NCBI RefSeq assembly: GCF_000317515.1 | Contig: NC_019738.1 | Span: 1,681,623 to 1,745,622, forward strand | Reading direction: 5' to 3' | DNA length: 64,000 bases | Origin: Allocoleopsis franciscana PCC 7113 | Lineage (GTDB): Bacteria > Cyanobacteriota > Cyanobacteriia > Cyanobacteriales > Coleofasciculaceae | In this document: piece after piece, positions 28,581 through 38,737 of the stretch | How the letters are laid out: each line of letters starts with the position of its first letter | Position numbering within the stretch: position 1 is the stretch's first letter | Notes under the pieces: model-generated | The model's database searches: none | Seen by the model: the letters and a program-made list of their open reading frames with translations, nothing else | Told to the model about the DNA's origin: nothing | Made by a program: the position numbers and the translations under genes

Positions 28581-31500
28581 AAAGCCCTCAAGAAAAGACA
28601 AACAGTAAGGATGAAATATTAAGGATGAAGCATGAAATCATCCCTCGACTCGTGAAAGAGATTTCGCCTTCCACTCAAGCGAATGCTAGCCATTTGGGCA
28701 ACAAATTGAACAGAAAATCCAGCCGCAGAAAGCGCAGGCTTCATCCTTCAGAGTTGACCCTTCAAACTTTTCCTAACAGGATTGCTTTTTACGTTTTACT
28801 ATCGAAAGGCTGGTTTCCCTCACTCAGCTTGGGTTTACTCACCACCCTATTGGGAACCATCGGGCTTATCCCGACAGCTAAGGCTGACGAATTGCCAGAA
28901 CCGCCTAATTTAGGTTTAGGGAAGGATGAAGTATTAACAACCGATGTGTCCTTGAATCATGGGCTGAAAACAGATATTGCATCAGTCTCGGTATATCGTT
29001 TAACTCATTTCCATCAATCGCTGAAGGATGAACCCTTAAATCTGACAAATGAAGCCCTTAATCCTTCATCTTTCGATAAATTTTCCGGTGACAATCAGAA
29101 AATTCACACATTAACTGACTTGCTCAAAGGTGAGGGGGAAGAGGTGCCCCAAACCGTAGAAATCGTCCCGAAAAACGCCTCCGTACAGTCATCTGTCCTC
29201 CGGTCTTTAAACATAGACTCCACAGCAATTGATGCTCCAAGACAAGCCGATAGCCTTCTACCGCGTTCAAAGGATAGTGTTTCCCGCAGCGAAATCCTGC
29301 AAAGACAGGAGTTAGAAGTCCGTGAACAATCGCAACCCAATACTGACACTTCGGAAGCCTTCGCACCCCAAACACCAACCGAGGGACAACTGGAAAATCT
29401 GGGAGAGTCTGCTCGAAAACAGCCTATCCTGGCTCTAACCAATGACCCCAACCGAGTGAGAATCCTATCGCCTTCCCTGGCGCTAAAGCAAAACGACGCC
29501 CCAGCCACAGAAGCCGCCGCACTCGCTCCTGGTACAGTTCGCATTCTCACGCCCCAAAGTGGCGTTACCGACAAAACCTCAACGAACCTCGTCATTCAAT
29601 ACAACGCCAATGACTCGGTTCAGGTCAGTGTGAACCAAAAACCCCTCGACCCTAAGACAGCCACTCAGCAGAACCGGGATGAGGCGCAAAACCTGATTAA
29701 CCAAGCTTGGTACAACATCCCCTTAAAAGAGGGAGACAATACCCTCACCGTCCAAGCTGGAAACGGAACCCCCGTTAGCATTCAGGTTGTGGTGCAAAAG
29801 ACCGCCCTCAAACTAGAAATTGCTCCCGTGGGCGACCCCCGTGTGGCAGCCGATGGTCGTTCCACCCTTACCGTTTCCGGACGCATTACCGATGAAAACG
29901 GTCAACTTTTAAGCGAAGATGCCGTAGTTACCTTAACGGCGGCAGCAGGACAATTTGTCGGTGCCGACCAAGACAAAGACCAACCCGGTTTTCAAGTAAT
30001 GGCACGGGGAGGACAATTCACCGCCCAACTCCAATCCAGCCTAGAGGCGCAAAAGGTGCGGATTCGTGCTGCCCTCGAACCGAAAGAGGAAAAGCAGACA
30101 GGGAGACCGGGCGAGATAGGGAATGCTCCCGCACATTACTCCGAGTCATCCAGTCTCCCCCTCTCCGCCGCTTCCCCTCCGGCAGTGGCACAAACCCCCC
30201 TGGAAGCTTACACCCAGGTGGAATTTGTGACCAATTTACGCCCCTCCTTAGTTTCAGGCGTGATTAACCTGCGAATTGGGCCATCGGGAACTAACTTTTG
30301 GGGCAGGCGGCGAGACTTCCTCAACCCAGAAACCATCGACGACGGCACGGAATTTGACTTACAAGGAGCCGTTTTTGCCACCGGACGGATTGGCGAGTGG
30401 CTGTTCACAGGAGCTTATAACAGCAGCCGCAACCTTAACGAAACTTGTGATGGCATCACCCGTTTGTTCCGAGGGCCACAGTTTTGCGAACAACAATATC
30501 CCGTAACTGGGGATAGTTCTACCGTCGATTACCTCACCCCCTCGATCGATAGCGTTTATCTCCGCTTTGAGCGCAATGCCGGACTGGGGAAAGAACCCGA
30601 CTATGTGATGTGGGGAGACTACAACAGCAACGAGTTCGCCAGAGAATCCCAACTTTTTACCGCCACCACCCGCCAGTTGCATGGCTTCAAAGGCAATTAC
30701 AACTTTGGTAACTTGCAACTCACCGCCATGTTCTCGCGCAACCTCCAAGGGTTCCAACGAGATACCATTGCCCCCAATGGCACCAGTGGTTATTACTTCG
30801 TTTCTCGACGACGCCTGGTTCCGGGAAGTGAGAATATCTTTATCGAAACCGAAGAAGCCAATCGTCCCGGTACCGTGATTTCCCGCAAACCCTTAGGACG
30901 AGGGTCAGACTATGAGATTGATTATGACCGGGGCACGATTTTATTCCGCCGTCCGATTCTCGCCACCGAATTTGCCTTTTTTGATGCGCCGTTGAGTGAG
31001 GCCGGTGCTGGCTCAACCCTGCTCGTGCGGAAGATTGTCGTCACTTACCAATATGAGGGGGGTGTTGAGAGTGACGACACCAATCTCTATGCAGGGCGTG
31101 TACAATACAACTTCTCCCAAGCGTTCCAGCAAGAAAGCTGGCTGGCTGGAACGTACCTACGGCAAGAGCAGGGAATCCAAGACTTTGAACTTTATGGGGC
31201 AGACTTCCGGGTTGCCCTAGGAACCAACGGACAAATCATTGGGGAAGTGGCTCATTCGGAGCATGACTCCCTGTTTCGAGGCAATGTCTCCGGTTCTGCC
31301 TATCGCTTAGAGGCGAATGCGACCATTGTCCCCGGACTGCTGGGACGAGCCTATTACCGATCGGTGGAGGAAAACTTTAGCAATGATGCCACCCTCAGCT
31401 TTACTCCGGGACAAACTCGCTACGGTGCTGCGATCGCTTATTCTATCGGTTCCAGCACCACCTTGCGCGCCGGATACGACTACGAAGAAAACTTTGGCGT

Positions 31501-33016
31501 CTCCCCCCTCATCCGCACCGACTTCTTCGATTTGTTCAACCCAGGCGTCGCCGTCCCTCCGGGTACTGGGGTTAACAACTCCCTGAGAACCATCAGCGCG
31601 GGAGTGCAGCAAAAAATTGGCAATGCAGCATTAAGTGTTGATTTTGTCAACCGTGAGCGCGAAGACCGAGTCGGCAATGTCTTCACCGGTAACGCCTCCC
31701 AACTCGTTTCCCGCCTAGGACTCCCCATCAGCGAAAGCCTGACATTTTTGGCGCAAAATGAACTAAGCCTCGGAGATAATGACCCCCTCTACCCCAATCG
31801 CACCACCTTAGGCATGGATTGGAGAGCTTACAAAGGGGTTACCCTGCGCCTCGCCCACCAATTCTTTGATGGTGGCATTTTGGGCAATGACTCCATCACT
31901 AGCCTGGATACAATTTTGTCCCACAACATCTGGGATAACACCACCATCACCGGTCGCTATTCCGTGATTAGTGGCTTCAACGGGGTAACCGGACAGGGGG
32001 CGGTAGGACTCAATCACCGTTGGACTGTTTCCCCAGGATTACTGGTGAATCTGGGCTATGAGCATACCTTTAGCAACACCGGGATTGCCACAGCGGCTGG
32101 GGTGCGCTTTGCTCAACCCTATACTGTCGGTCAAACCGCTGCCTCCCTTGCCTTATTAGGGGGCGATGTGTTCAATATCGGCGTGGAATATACCGATAAC
32201 CCCGACTTTAAAGCCTCTGCCCGCGTCGAACACCGCACGGGTTCCGGCAACAACAACACCGTGTTTTCCATTGCCGGGGCAGGGAAACTTTCTCCCTCCT
32301 TAACCCTCCTTGCCCGTTACGAGCAAGCCAACTTTGCCAACCAGCTCATTGAAGGGTTGAAAGATACGGCAAACCTCCGGGTAGGTTTAGCCTATCGCGA
32401 CCCCAATAGCGATCGCTGGAACGCCCTGATGCGCTATGAGTACCGCAAAAACCCCTCTACCATTCCCGAAACCCTACTCTTTGGCAGTGGTACCGGTTCC
32501 ACAGAACACCTATTTGCCGGAGAGGCGATTTTTGCCCCCAGTTGGCGATGGGAATTTTATGGCAAAGGCGCAGTCCGTTACAGCAACACCGATTTAGCCA
32601 ATAACTTCTCCAATGCTTCTACCATCTTCCTGACCCAACTCCGCGCTGCCTACCGCCTGAATTACCGGATGGATTTGGCGGTAGAAGGACGCTGGATTGG
32701 TCAAGATTCGCCCGGTTACAGCGAAACCGGCATAGCTGTAGAAACAGGCTATTATGTCACCCCCGATTTACGCCTCGCCTTGGGCTATAGTTTCGGCGGT
32801 GTGGATGACCGAGACTTTACCGGCTATCGCTCCAAAGGCGGCGTTTACTTTAATTTGACCTTCAAAGTCAACGAACTCTTCGGCGGCTTTGGACGGCAAA
32901 AAGTGGTGCCACCCCAACAGCAGGAATCGCTGACAAAACCCGTTGCCAACCAGCCAACATCGGATACCCCAGGGACGCAATCGAGCCGCCCTTCTAATAC
33001 CACGAGTGAGGAGTGA
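28577..33016 (+). CDS. very large predicted outer-membrane protein: extended signal peptide, Big_1-like Ig domain, C-terminal beta-barrel-like region of about 900 aa
   Basis: A 60-aa basic N-extension precedes the hydrophobic core (NRKSSRRKRRLHPSELTL...LLTTLLGTIGLIPTAKA). Ig-like segment TLTVQAGNGTPVSIQVVVQKT...STLTVSGRITDENGQ. The C-terminal half is full of alternating-hydrophobic, aromatic-ended strands (LRAGYDYEENFG, LRVGLAYRD, YYVTPDLRLALGYSFGG, VYFNLTF). Confidence 0.6.
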   Translation: MKSPQEKTNSKDEILRMKHEIIPRLVKEISPSTQANASHLGNKLNRKSSRRKRRLHPSELTLQTFPNRIAFYVLLSKGWFPSLSLGLLTTLLGTIGLIPTAKADELPEPPNLGLGKDEVLTTDVSLNHGLKTDIASVSVYRLTHFHQSLKDEPLNLTNEALNPSSFDKFSGDNQKIHTLTDLLKGEGEEVPQTVEIVPKNASVQSSVLRSLNIDSTAIDAPRQADSLLPRSKDSVSRSEILQRQELEVREQSQPNTDTSEAFAPQTPTEGQLENLGESARKQPILALTNDPNRVRILSPSLALKQNDAPATEAAALAPGTVRILTPQSGVTDKTSTNLVIQYNANDSVQVSVNQKPLDPKTATQQNRDEAQNLINQAWYNIPLKEGDNTLTVQAGNGTPVSIQVVVQKTALKLEIAPVGDPRVAADGRSTLTVSGRITDENGQLLSEDAVVTLTAAAGQFVGADQDKDQPGFQVMARGGQFTAQLQSSLEAQKVRIRAALEPKEEKQTGRPGEIGNAPAHYSESSSLPLSAASPPAVAQTPLEAYTQVEFVTNLRPSLVSGVINLRIGPSGTNFWGRRRDFLNPETIDDGTEFDLQGAVFATGRIGEWLFTGAYNSSRNLNETCDGITRLFRGPQFCEQQYPVTGDSSTVDYLTPSIDSVYLRFERNAGLGKEPDYVMWGDYNSNEFARESQLFTATTRQLHGFKGNYNFGNLQLTAMFSRNLQGFQRDTIAPNGTSGYYFVSRRRLVPGSENIFIETEEANRPGTVISRKPLGRGSDYEIDYDRGTILFRRPILATEFAFFDAPLSEAGAGSTLLVRKIVVTYQYEGGVESDDTNLYAGRVQYNFSQAFQQESWLAGTYLRQEQGIQDFELYGADFRVALGTNGQIIGEVAHSEHDSLFRGNVSGSAYRLEANATIVPGLLGRAYYRSVEENFSNDATLSFTPGQTRYGAAIAYSIGSSTTLRAGYDYEENFGVSPLIRTDFFDLFNPGVAVPPGTGVNNSLRTISAGVQQKIGNAALSVDFVNREREDRVGNVFTGNASQLVSRLGLPISESLTFLAQNELSLGDNDPLYPNRTTLGMDWRAYKGVTLRLAHQFFDGGILGNDSITSLDTILSHNIWDNTTITGRYSVISGFNGVTGQGAVGLNHRWTVSPGLLVNLGYEHTFSNTGIATAAGVRFAQPYTVGQTAASLALLGGDVFNIGVEYTDNPDFKASARVEHRTGSGNNNTVFSIAGAGKLSPSLTLLARYEQANFANQLIEGLKDTANLRVGLAYRDPNSDRWNALMRYEYRKNPSTIPETLLFGSGTGSTEHLFAGEAIFAPSWRWEFYGKGAVRYSNTDLANNFSNASTIFLTQLRAAYRLNYRMDLAVEGRWIGQDSPGYSETGIAVETGYYVTPDLRLALGYSFGGVDDRDFTGYRSKGGVYFNLTFKVNELFGGFGRQKVVPPQQQESLTKPVANQPTSDTPGTQSSRPSNTTSEE

Positions 33017-33026
33017 ATAGTTAGGA

Positions 33027-35387
33027 GTGCAATACAACTTATTGGAATTTTCGGTCATGCGGGGAGTCAACCGTCCAGCGTCAAACTTGAACAAGGCAGA
33101 AGAAGGAAGGCAGGAGGCAGAAGTTAGCCAAGTTTGCCCTTCTCTGGTGGAAAGAAAGCGCAACAACAAGCCTTTTGCCTGGTTATTTTTGAGTTTTGAC
33201 CAAAAAAGGCCGAAGGCAGAAGACAGGAGGCATGAGAAGGAATGCCCTTTGCCCTTTGCCTTCTACCTTCCTCAATTGCTCCTGCTGAGTGTTTTAGTCG
33301 CGCCACTGAGGGCGACAGCCCAGCCGACCAATTCTGTATCCGTGGTGGTGAATAGTAATCAGGATGGCCTGATTCAACCCGACAATCGCTTAACCTTGCG
33401 GGAGGCGATCGCCATTGTCAACGGTCAGCTCAGTCTAGAACAATTGAGTCAGGCGGAAAAAGCCCAAGTTCGACCCCTCGATGCCAATACAGCCTCTCGC
33501 ATTGAATTTAATTTACCTCCAGACCAAACCACCATTTACCTCCAAAGCCTATTACCATCCCTAGCCAGTCCGGGATTAGTGGTGGATGGGACAACCCAAC
33601 CGGGTTATGATCCAACCCGTTCAGCAACCGCAGAAATTGAAATTCCCATTCCTGTGGTGGCTCTAGCACCCGCACCCAACCAAGAAGTCCTGCGGGGACT
33701 CACGATTGTTGCCGATAACATCACCGTGCGGGGTTTAAGCCTCTATGGCTTTGGCAAGTGGGGTGGGGCGACACTCAACACCCCACCGGGAGATATTGTG
33801 ATCGAGCGGAGTCCTGCATTTCCTGATGTCACACTCCAGCCACCCACCTCTAGTTTGGATTTGAGGAGTCCTAAACCTAACTCAAAACCCAGCGAATCCC
33901 AGCCACCGAAGAATGTCGCGATTGAACTGAATTGGTTGGGTATCCCACCCAATGGGCAAATGCCCAGTCAGTTATCAGCCTTTGGCTTGTATGTGTTTAA
34001 CAGTCTAGGTACCACCATTCGACGCAACCGCATTGCCAATCATCAGGGCAGTGGCATCATTACCGGCGCTCAAGCCGAGAATATGTTGGTAACAGAGAAC
34101 ATCATCGTGGGTAATGGGCTAGCTGGAATGCCCGATGCCATTCGCCTCGAAGGGCAGATTGACCAGTCACAAATTACAGGCAATTTAATTTGTGGCAATG
34201 ATGGCAGTGGGGTGTATTTGTTTAAGCCCAAGGGTGCTGTACAAATTCGCAATAACCAAATCACCTCGAACGGCAGACGCTTGCGTCAGGCGGCTGTTTA
34301 CCTGATGGGCAATAATCATCAGGTGATGGATAACCAAATTAGTTATCAGTCGGGGCCGGGTGTGGTGGTGACGGCTTATCCCCAAAACGACGTTCAGCAG
34401 AATCGCTCCTCTTCGCGCAACATCATTGAGAACAATCGCTTTGCCCAACTCGAAGGGTTGAGTATTGACCTCAACACCCAACAGAATGTTAACCCGATTC
34501 ATTTTCAACGGGGGGATGGCCCGAATCCTCTCCGGAATTCGCCCAACCGACGGGAAGAAACGGGGAATGCGGCGATTAATGCGCCGCAGTTTCTCAGTTC
34601 AGAGTTTTTTGTGTTGGGAACAGAGGTGAAGCTGTTTGGCAAGGCTGATCCGGGTTCAACGGTTGAAGTGTATCGAGTTCGGGAAAATACAACAATCCCC
34701 TATGGCCCGTTAAGTGAACCCCTCACGAGTGTGGCGACCGATGAGCAAGGGGATTTTAGCGTCACGGTGGATAATTTACAGCCTGGGGACAAAGTCAGCG
34801 CGATCGCCACTCATCCCCAGTACGGCACCTCTGAACCGGCGCTCAATGCCAGGGTTCTTGCGGCGGATGGGACTGGCACAGCCCAACCTGATGTACCCTC
34901 TGGTGTGATTCCCCCATGTACGACGGCACAAGTACCACCCAATCCCCCAGAACCGACTCCTCCACCAGAACAACTAAGGCTGTCTGTTGCGCGGAATATC
35001 CATTTCGCTCTCGACCAATCCACCATCAGTCCAGAAAGCGCCGTCATCCTCGACCAAATTGTTGCGGTGATGCGCTCTTATCCCTTTCTCACCGTTGACA
35101 TTCAGGGTCACACTGACCCCCGTGCCAGTGCGGCCTACAACCAAGCCTTAGGAATGCGTCGTGCGATCGCCGCACGAAATTACCTGTTGCGTCAAGGAAT
35201 TGCTCCAGAACGCTTGACAATTCGGTCATTTGGTGAATTAGAACGCCGAACCACGGGCAGTGACGTTGTGGATTATGCACGCGATCGCCGCGTAGAGTTC
35301 ATCTTCCAAGATACGAGAGGCTTGGAAATCATCTTTGAAAATCAAGAAACCGACTTGCAAGTAGAACCTAGGGGAGGATCGAGGTAG
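33027..35387 (+). CDS. secreted right-handed beta-helix protein with C-terminal OmpA-like peptidoglycan-binding domain
   Basis: Signal-like PFAFYLPQLLLLSVLVAPLRATAQP. Parallel beta-helix repeats (GNLICGNDGSGVYLF, IRNNQITSNG). C-terminal OmpA_C-like DIQGHTDPRASAAYNQALGMRRAIAARNYLLRQGIAPERL. The 5' 220 nt contain STRR-like repeats, so the real start is probably the TTG near 33249. Confidence 0.65.
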   Translation: MQYNLLEFSVMRGVNRPASNLNKAEEGRQEAEVSQVCPSLVERKRNNKPFAWLFLSFDQKRPKAEDRRHEKECPLPFAFYLPQLLLLSVLVAPLRATAQPTNSVSVVVNSNQDGLIQPDNRLTLREAIAIVNGQLSLEQLSQAEKAQVRPLDANTASRIEFNLPPDQTTIYLQSLLPSLASPGLVVDGTTQPGYDPTRSATAEIEIPIPVVALAPAPNQEVLRGLTIVADNITVRGLSLYGFGKWGGATLNTPPGDIVIERSPAFPDVTLQPPTSSLDLRSPKPNSKPSESQPPKNVAIELNWLGIPPNGQMPSQLSAFGLYVFNSLGTTIRRNRIANHQGSGIITGAQAENMLVTENIIVGNGLAGMPDAIRLEGQIDQSQITGNLICGNDGSGVYLFKPKGAVQIRNNQITSNGRRLRQAAVYLMGNNHQVMDNQISYQSGPGVVVTAYPQNDVQQNRSSSRNIIENNRFAQLEGLSIDLNTQQNVNPIHFQRGDGPNPLRNSPNRREETGNAAINAPQFLSSEFFVLGTEVKLFGKADPGSTVEVYRVRENTTIPYGPLSEPLTSVATDEQGDFSVTVDNLQPGDKVSAIATHPQYGTSEPALNARVLAADGTGTAQPDVPSGVIPPCTTAQVPPNPPEPTPPPEQLRLSVARNIHFALDQSTISPESAVILDQIVAVMRSYPFLTVDIQGHTDPRASAAYNQALGMRRAIAARNYLLRQGIAPERLTIRSFGELERRTTGSDVVDYARDRRVEFIFQDTRGLEIIFENQETDLQVEPRGGSR

Positions 35388-38371
35388 TGCAGCGCAATTC
35401 CAGCCGATTCGGCGTCCAGACGTGGAAAAAAAAAGTCCGAATATTGATCAGCTTGCTTAAGTTTTCTGCCAATAAAATCCTGCCCCGTCGGAGTCAGGGA
35501 GCGATTTCTGGCTATCCAAAAGGCTCACTGATGTTCCGGAAGTTTGGGTATGCGCTCATCAGCCTCTTGACTCTTGTGGCGGTGGTGGTGGGTTACTACT
35601 CTCCAGCCTTGACACAGAGTGTTCCTGCTCCGGACAGTTTTATTTGCGATCGTACCTTGTATATCAGTCAAGGGCTACTCAACCAAAATTCCACACTCTC
35701 CAGCGTCATCACAACGCCTAACTTTGCTCTTAACACGGTTGGTACCGCAACGGTTCAGTACAACGCCATCGGCTTGAATGTTCGCGATGGGTTTATTTAT
35801 GGCATTGCTCCTCAATCCGACCCTGGATCGAATTTACCTCCAACCATTTATCGAATTAATAATACAGGAGCAGCTACTGCCATCGGTGCTCCACAACCCA
35901 ATGGAGCTATTGTTTTTGATCCAATTCCAAATGGTAATCCTAACCAGAGTTTTGCTTTCGCTGGCGATATCAATAGAAACGGGATCTACTTTGTATATGT
36001 CACTAACATCCCTGCACCCGGAAATAATCTCTTCGCGATCGATCTAGCAACTAATCCCAATACCCCTACTATGGTCAGTAGTCTGAGAGTCCAAAGAGCT
36101 GACGGTACAAGTCCTGACCTTTCGGACATTTCTTTCAATCCTGTGGATGATCAGCTCTATGCTTTTGACAGCTTCAGAGTTAATGGGCAGCCATCATCTC
36201 AAGGTCAGATGGCTAGAATCGACACGACTACTGGCGCAGTCACCTACTTTGGCGCGACACAACCCAATGTGGGTATTGTTGGTGCATCTTTCTTTGATGC
36301 GTTTGGTAACTTTTACACTTATGAAACTACGGGTAATATATCTGTCGCACGTAATCTTTCAAGTTCTAATCCTGTTGTATTTTCACCACTCGGAAATGCT
36401 GGAGTCGTTCAAAGATTTGACGGTGCATCCTGTGCCTTTGCGCCAGTTGCGGAAAAGATTGTCGAGCCTCAATCAGTCGCAGCCAATGGCATCATCACTT
36501 ACAGATATCGTCTCGCTAACCAACTAGGACAGCCATTAAGTACTGCAAACTTGTCATTTACCGACCAGTTGCCTGCTGGATTGACCTACGTCGATCAAAC
36601 GCTCAACAATACTAGCGTGGGTGGCACTCCTAATGCTTATGGCGGAACTCCACTGCTGCAAATTGCAGGGATTACCATCCCACCTAGAGGTTTTGTCGAA
36701 ATCAGCGTGAATGTCCGGGTTAGTTTGACTGCATCTCCTGGCACAGTCTTGAATCAAGCCACAATCAATAACGTTCCATCCGTGCCTGGAGTGACCCTTC
36801 CACCTACGATTCCGTCGGATTTTCCTCCCACAGGTATTTACCCTGATCCGACACCCTTAGTCATTACTCCAGCTCCCCCTACCCCAAGGATTGGTTTAGC
36901 CAAGAGAGTGGCATCTAGTGTGAACCTTGGCAACGGTGTCTTTCGAGTGACGTATGCACTCGTCGTCAGCAACCTAGGGAATGTTGACCTCAACAATGTA
37001 CAAGTTACAGAAGATCTTACGACTACTTTTGCTAACGCAACATCCTTTACTGTTGCCCCAAATAGCGTTAGTAGTCCAAGCGGCGACCTCACTCCTAATC
37101 CCAACTACAATGGTCGCGCTGACAACCCTAATTTGCTAACCGGTACAACCAATACATTAACCGTTGGTCAAAGCAAGACCATTCAATTTATTGTCGATGT
37201 TACCCCAGGAGCAAACTTAGGGCCTTACAACAACCAAGCTGTGGCAAGCGGTACCGATCCCAATGGTCAAACGGTTACAGATCTATCCCAAAATGGCACG
37301 AACTCAGACCCCGATAACGATGGCAACCCCGCCAATAACAATGACCCCACCCCAGTCAACTTCAACCAAACACCGGCTTTAGGGGTTGCCAAGGAAGTCG
37401 TTTCCATTGTCCCTGCTGACGCAGGAAACTCCACCGTAACTTACAGAATCCGTGCCCGAAACTACGGACAAGAGAATCTCACTAATCTCCAGCTTACGGA
37501 AAACCTTACCACGACCTTCGACAACATACCTTTTACGGTTCCTGCCAATAGTGTCACAAGTCCTAATGGCAACCTCACGCCTAATTCTAATTACAATGGT
37601 CGTACTGACATCAATTTGCTGGTGGGTACAGATACCTTAGCTGTTGGTGAAACAAAAGTCATTGAATTCATCGTCATTATCACCCCTGGTAACCAAACTC
37701 GTACCTATGAAAACCTGGTACAAGGAACAGCTCAAAGTCCTTCCGGCTCAGTGAGTGACCAATCGCAAGCTGGGATTAACCCAGACCCCGATAACGATGG
37801 CAACCCAACCAATAACAATGACCCGACTCCATTGGATGTAGGGCCAAACTTGCGCTTGGTGAAACGGATTACAAATGTAATCCGAAGTGGTGCACCAATT
37901 AGTGGAATTGACTTCCAAAGCTTTGTTGATAACCTCAATGACCGCAACGACAATGTTTCTGGATGGTCTCAACTTCCGGGTGGAGTTCTCACAGGAGTTT
38001 TCCGCATCGGTTCTGATGCTCTATTACAAACTGGAGATGAAGTCGAATACACCGTTTACTTCCTCTCGGATGGAACTCAACTTGTCACGGATGCCAAAGT
38101 CTGTGACCCCATTCCAGAGAAGACCACATTTATTCCTGACAGTTTTCAAGCCGGTCAAGGGATTTTGTTGAATCAACAGACAACCAATACATCTCTAACT
38201 AATGCTTTAGATACAGACCAAGGAACATTTTTCTCTCGTCTTACTCCTGTTACCTCTCCCTGTCCCAATACCAACAACTCTAACGGGTCAATCTTAGTAA
38301 ATCTGGGAGATTTACCTGCCACCCCCCCTAACAACGTTGGTTTCATCCGTTTCCGCGTGAGAATCGATTAA
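35387..38371 (+). CDS. cell-surface DUF11-repeat protein with unassigned Cys-containing N- and C-terminal domains (paralog 1)
   Basis: The likely start is the ATG at 35531 (MFRKFGYALISLLTLVAVVVG signal/anchor). N-domain of about 330 aa with two conserved Cys. Three DUF11-like repeats (NLGNVDLNNVQVTEDL). Conserved C-terminal domain of about 170 aa (LRLVKRITN...VCDPIP...SPCPNTNN...VGFIRFRVRID). Confidence 0.65.
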   Translation: MQRNSSRFGVQTWKKKVRILISLLKFSANKILPRRSQGAISGYPKGSLMFRKFGYALISLLTLVAVVVGYYSPALTQSVPAPDSFICDRTLYISQGLLNQNSTLSSVITTPNFALNTVGTATVQYNAIGLNVRDGFIYGIAPQSDPGSNLPPTIYRINNTGAATAIGAPQPNGAIVFDPIPNGNPNQSFAFAGDINRNGIYFVYVTNIPAPGNNLFAIDLATNPNTPTMVSSLRVQRADGTSPDLSDISFNPVDDQLYAFDSFRVNGQPSSQGQMARIDTTTGAVTYFGATQPNVGIVGASFFDAFGNFYTYETTGNISVARNLSSSNPVVFSPLGNAGVVQRFDGASCAFAPVAEKIVEPQSVAANGIITYRYRLANQLGQPLSTANLSFTDQLPAGLTYVDQTLNNTSVGGTPNAYGGTPLLQIAGITIPPRGFVEISVNVRVSLTASPGTVLNQATINNVPSVPGVTLPPTIPSDFPPTGIYPDPTPLVITPAPPTPRIGLAKRVASSVNLGNGVFRVTYALVVSNLGNVDLNNVQVTEDLTTTFANATSFTVAPNSVSSPSGDLTPNPNYNGRADNPNLLTGTTNTLTVGQSKTIQFIVDVTPGANLGPYNNQAVASGTDPNGQTVTDLSQNGTNSDPDNDGNPANNNDPTPVNFNQTPALGVAKEVVSIVPADAGNSTVTYRIRARNYGQENLTNLQLTENLTTTFDNIPFTVPANSVTSPNGNLTPNSNYNGRTDINLLVGTDTLAVGETKVIEFIVIITPGNQTRTYENLVQGTAQSPSGSVSDQSQAGINPDPDNDGNPTNNNDPTPLDVGPNLRLVKRITNVIRSGAPISGIDFQSFVDNLNDRNDNVSGWSQLPGGVLTGVFRIGSDALLQTGDEVEYTVYFLSDGTQLVTDAKVCDPIPEKTTFIPDSFQAGQGILLNQQTTNTSLTNALDTDQGTFFSRLTPVTSPCPNTNNSNGSILVNLGDLPATPPNNVGFIRFRVRID

Positions 38372-38737
38372 CCGTCAGCCAATCAGCTAGGGGTAGAGAG
38401 GGTTATGCTCACTCTACTCCTATAGATAGGTTTGATAACTGTAGCAAAACGGTATTATCAACTCTTCTGGTTTCATCAGGTTGCAAGAGGGTAATTTGCT
38501 CTCTATTGTTAGCAAAATCCAGAATCTGTGTAATCGCTCTTTGTAGCAGCACTTAATTACGAGCCATCTCAAATCTCTGGGATGGCTTAACTTTCTAATT
38601 ATCTATAAGTAATTCAAAGGAGTTGATATAAGTCCTTGATTTGCAACGTTTGATTGGGTGTTGCTTGCGTTTTCCCATTGGGCATCTAACATGCTAAGCG
38701 CTCACTCAGCAAATGCTGACAGAACTAAAATTTAGGT

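Noticed and set aside
29104-29595. 163-aa and 84-aa minus-strand ORFs inside the 28577..33016 gene
   Set aside because: They are embedded antisense in a long, well-behaved coding frame with no independent support.
30460-30500. FCEQQY resembling an alpha-2-macroglobulin CxEQ thioester motif
   Set aside because: Canonical thioester sites are GCGEQ in a helical TED domain. Here the motif sits in a beta-rich region with no other A2M features, so it is probably coincidental.
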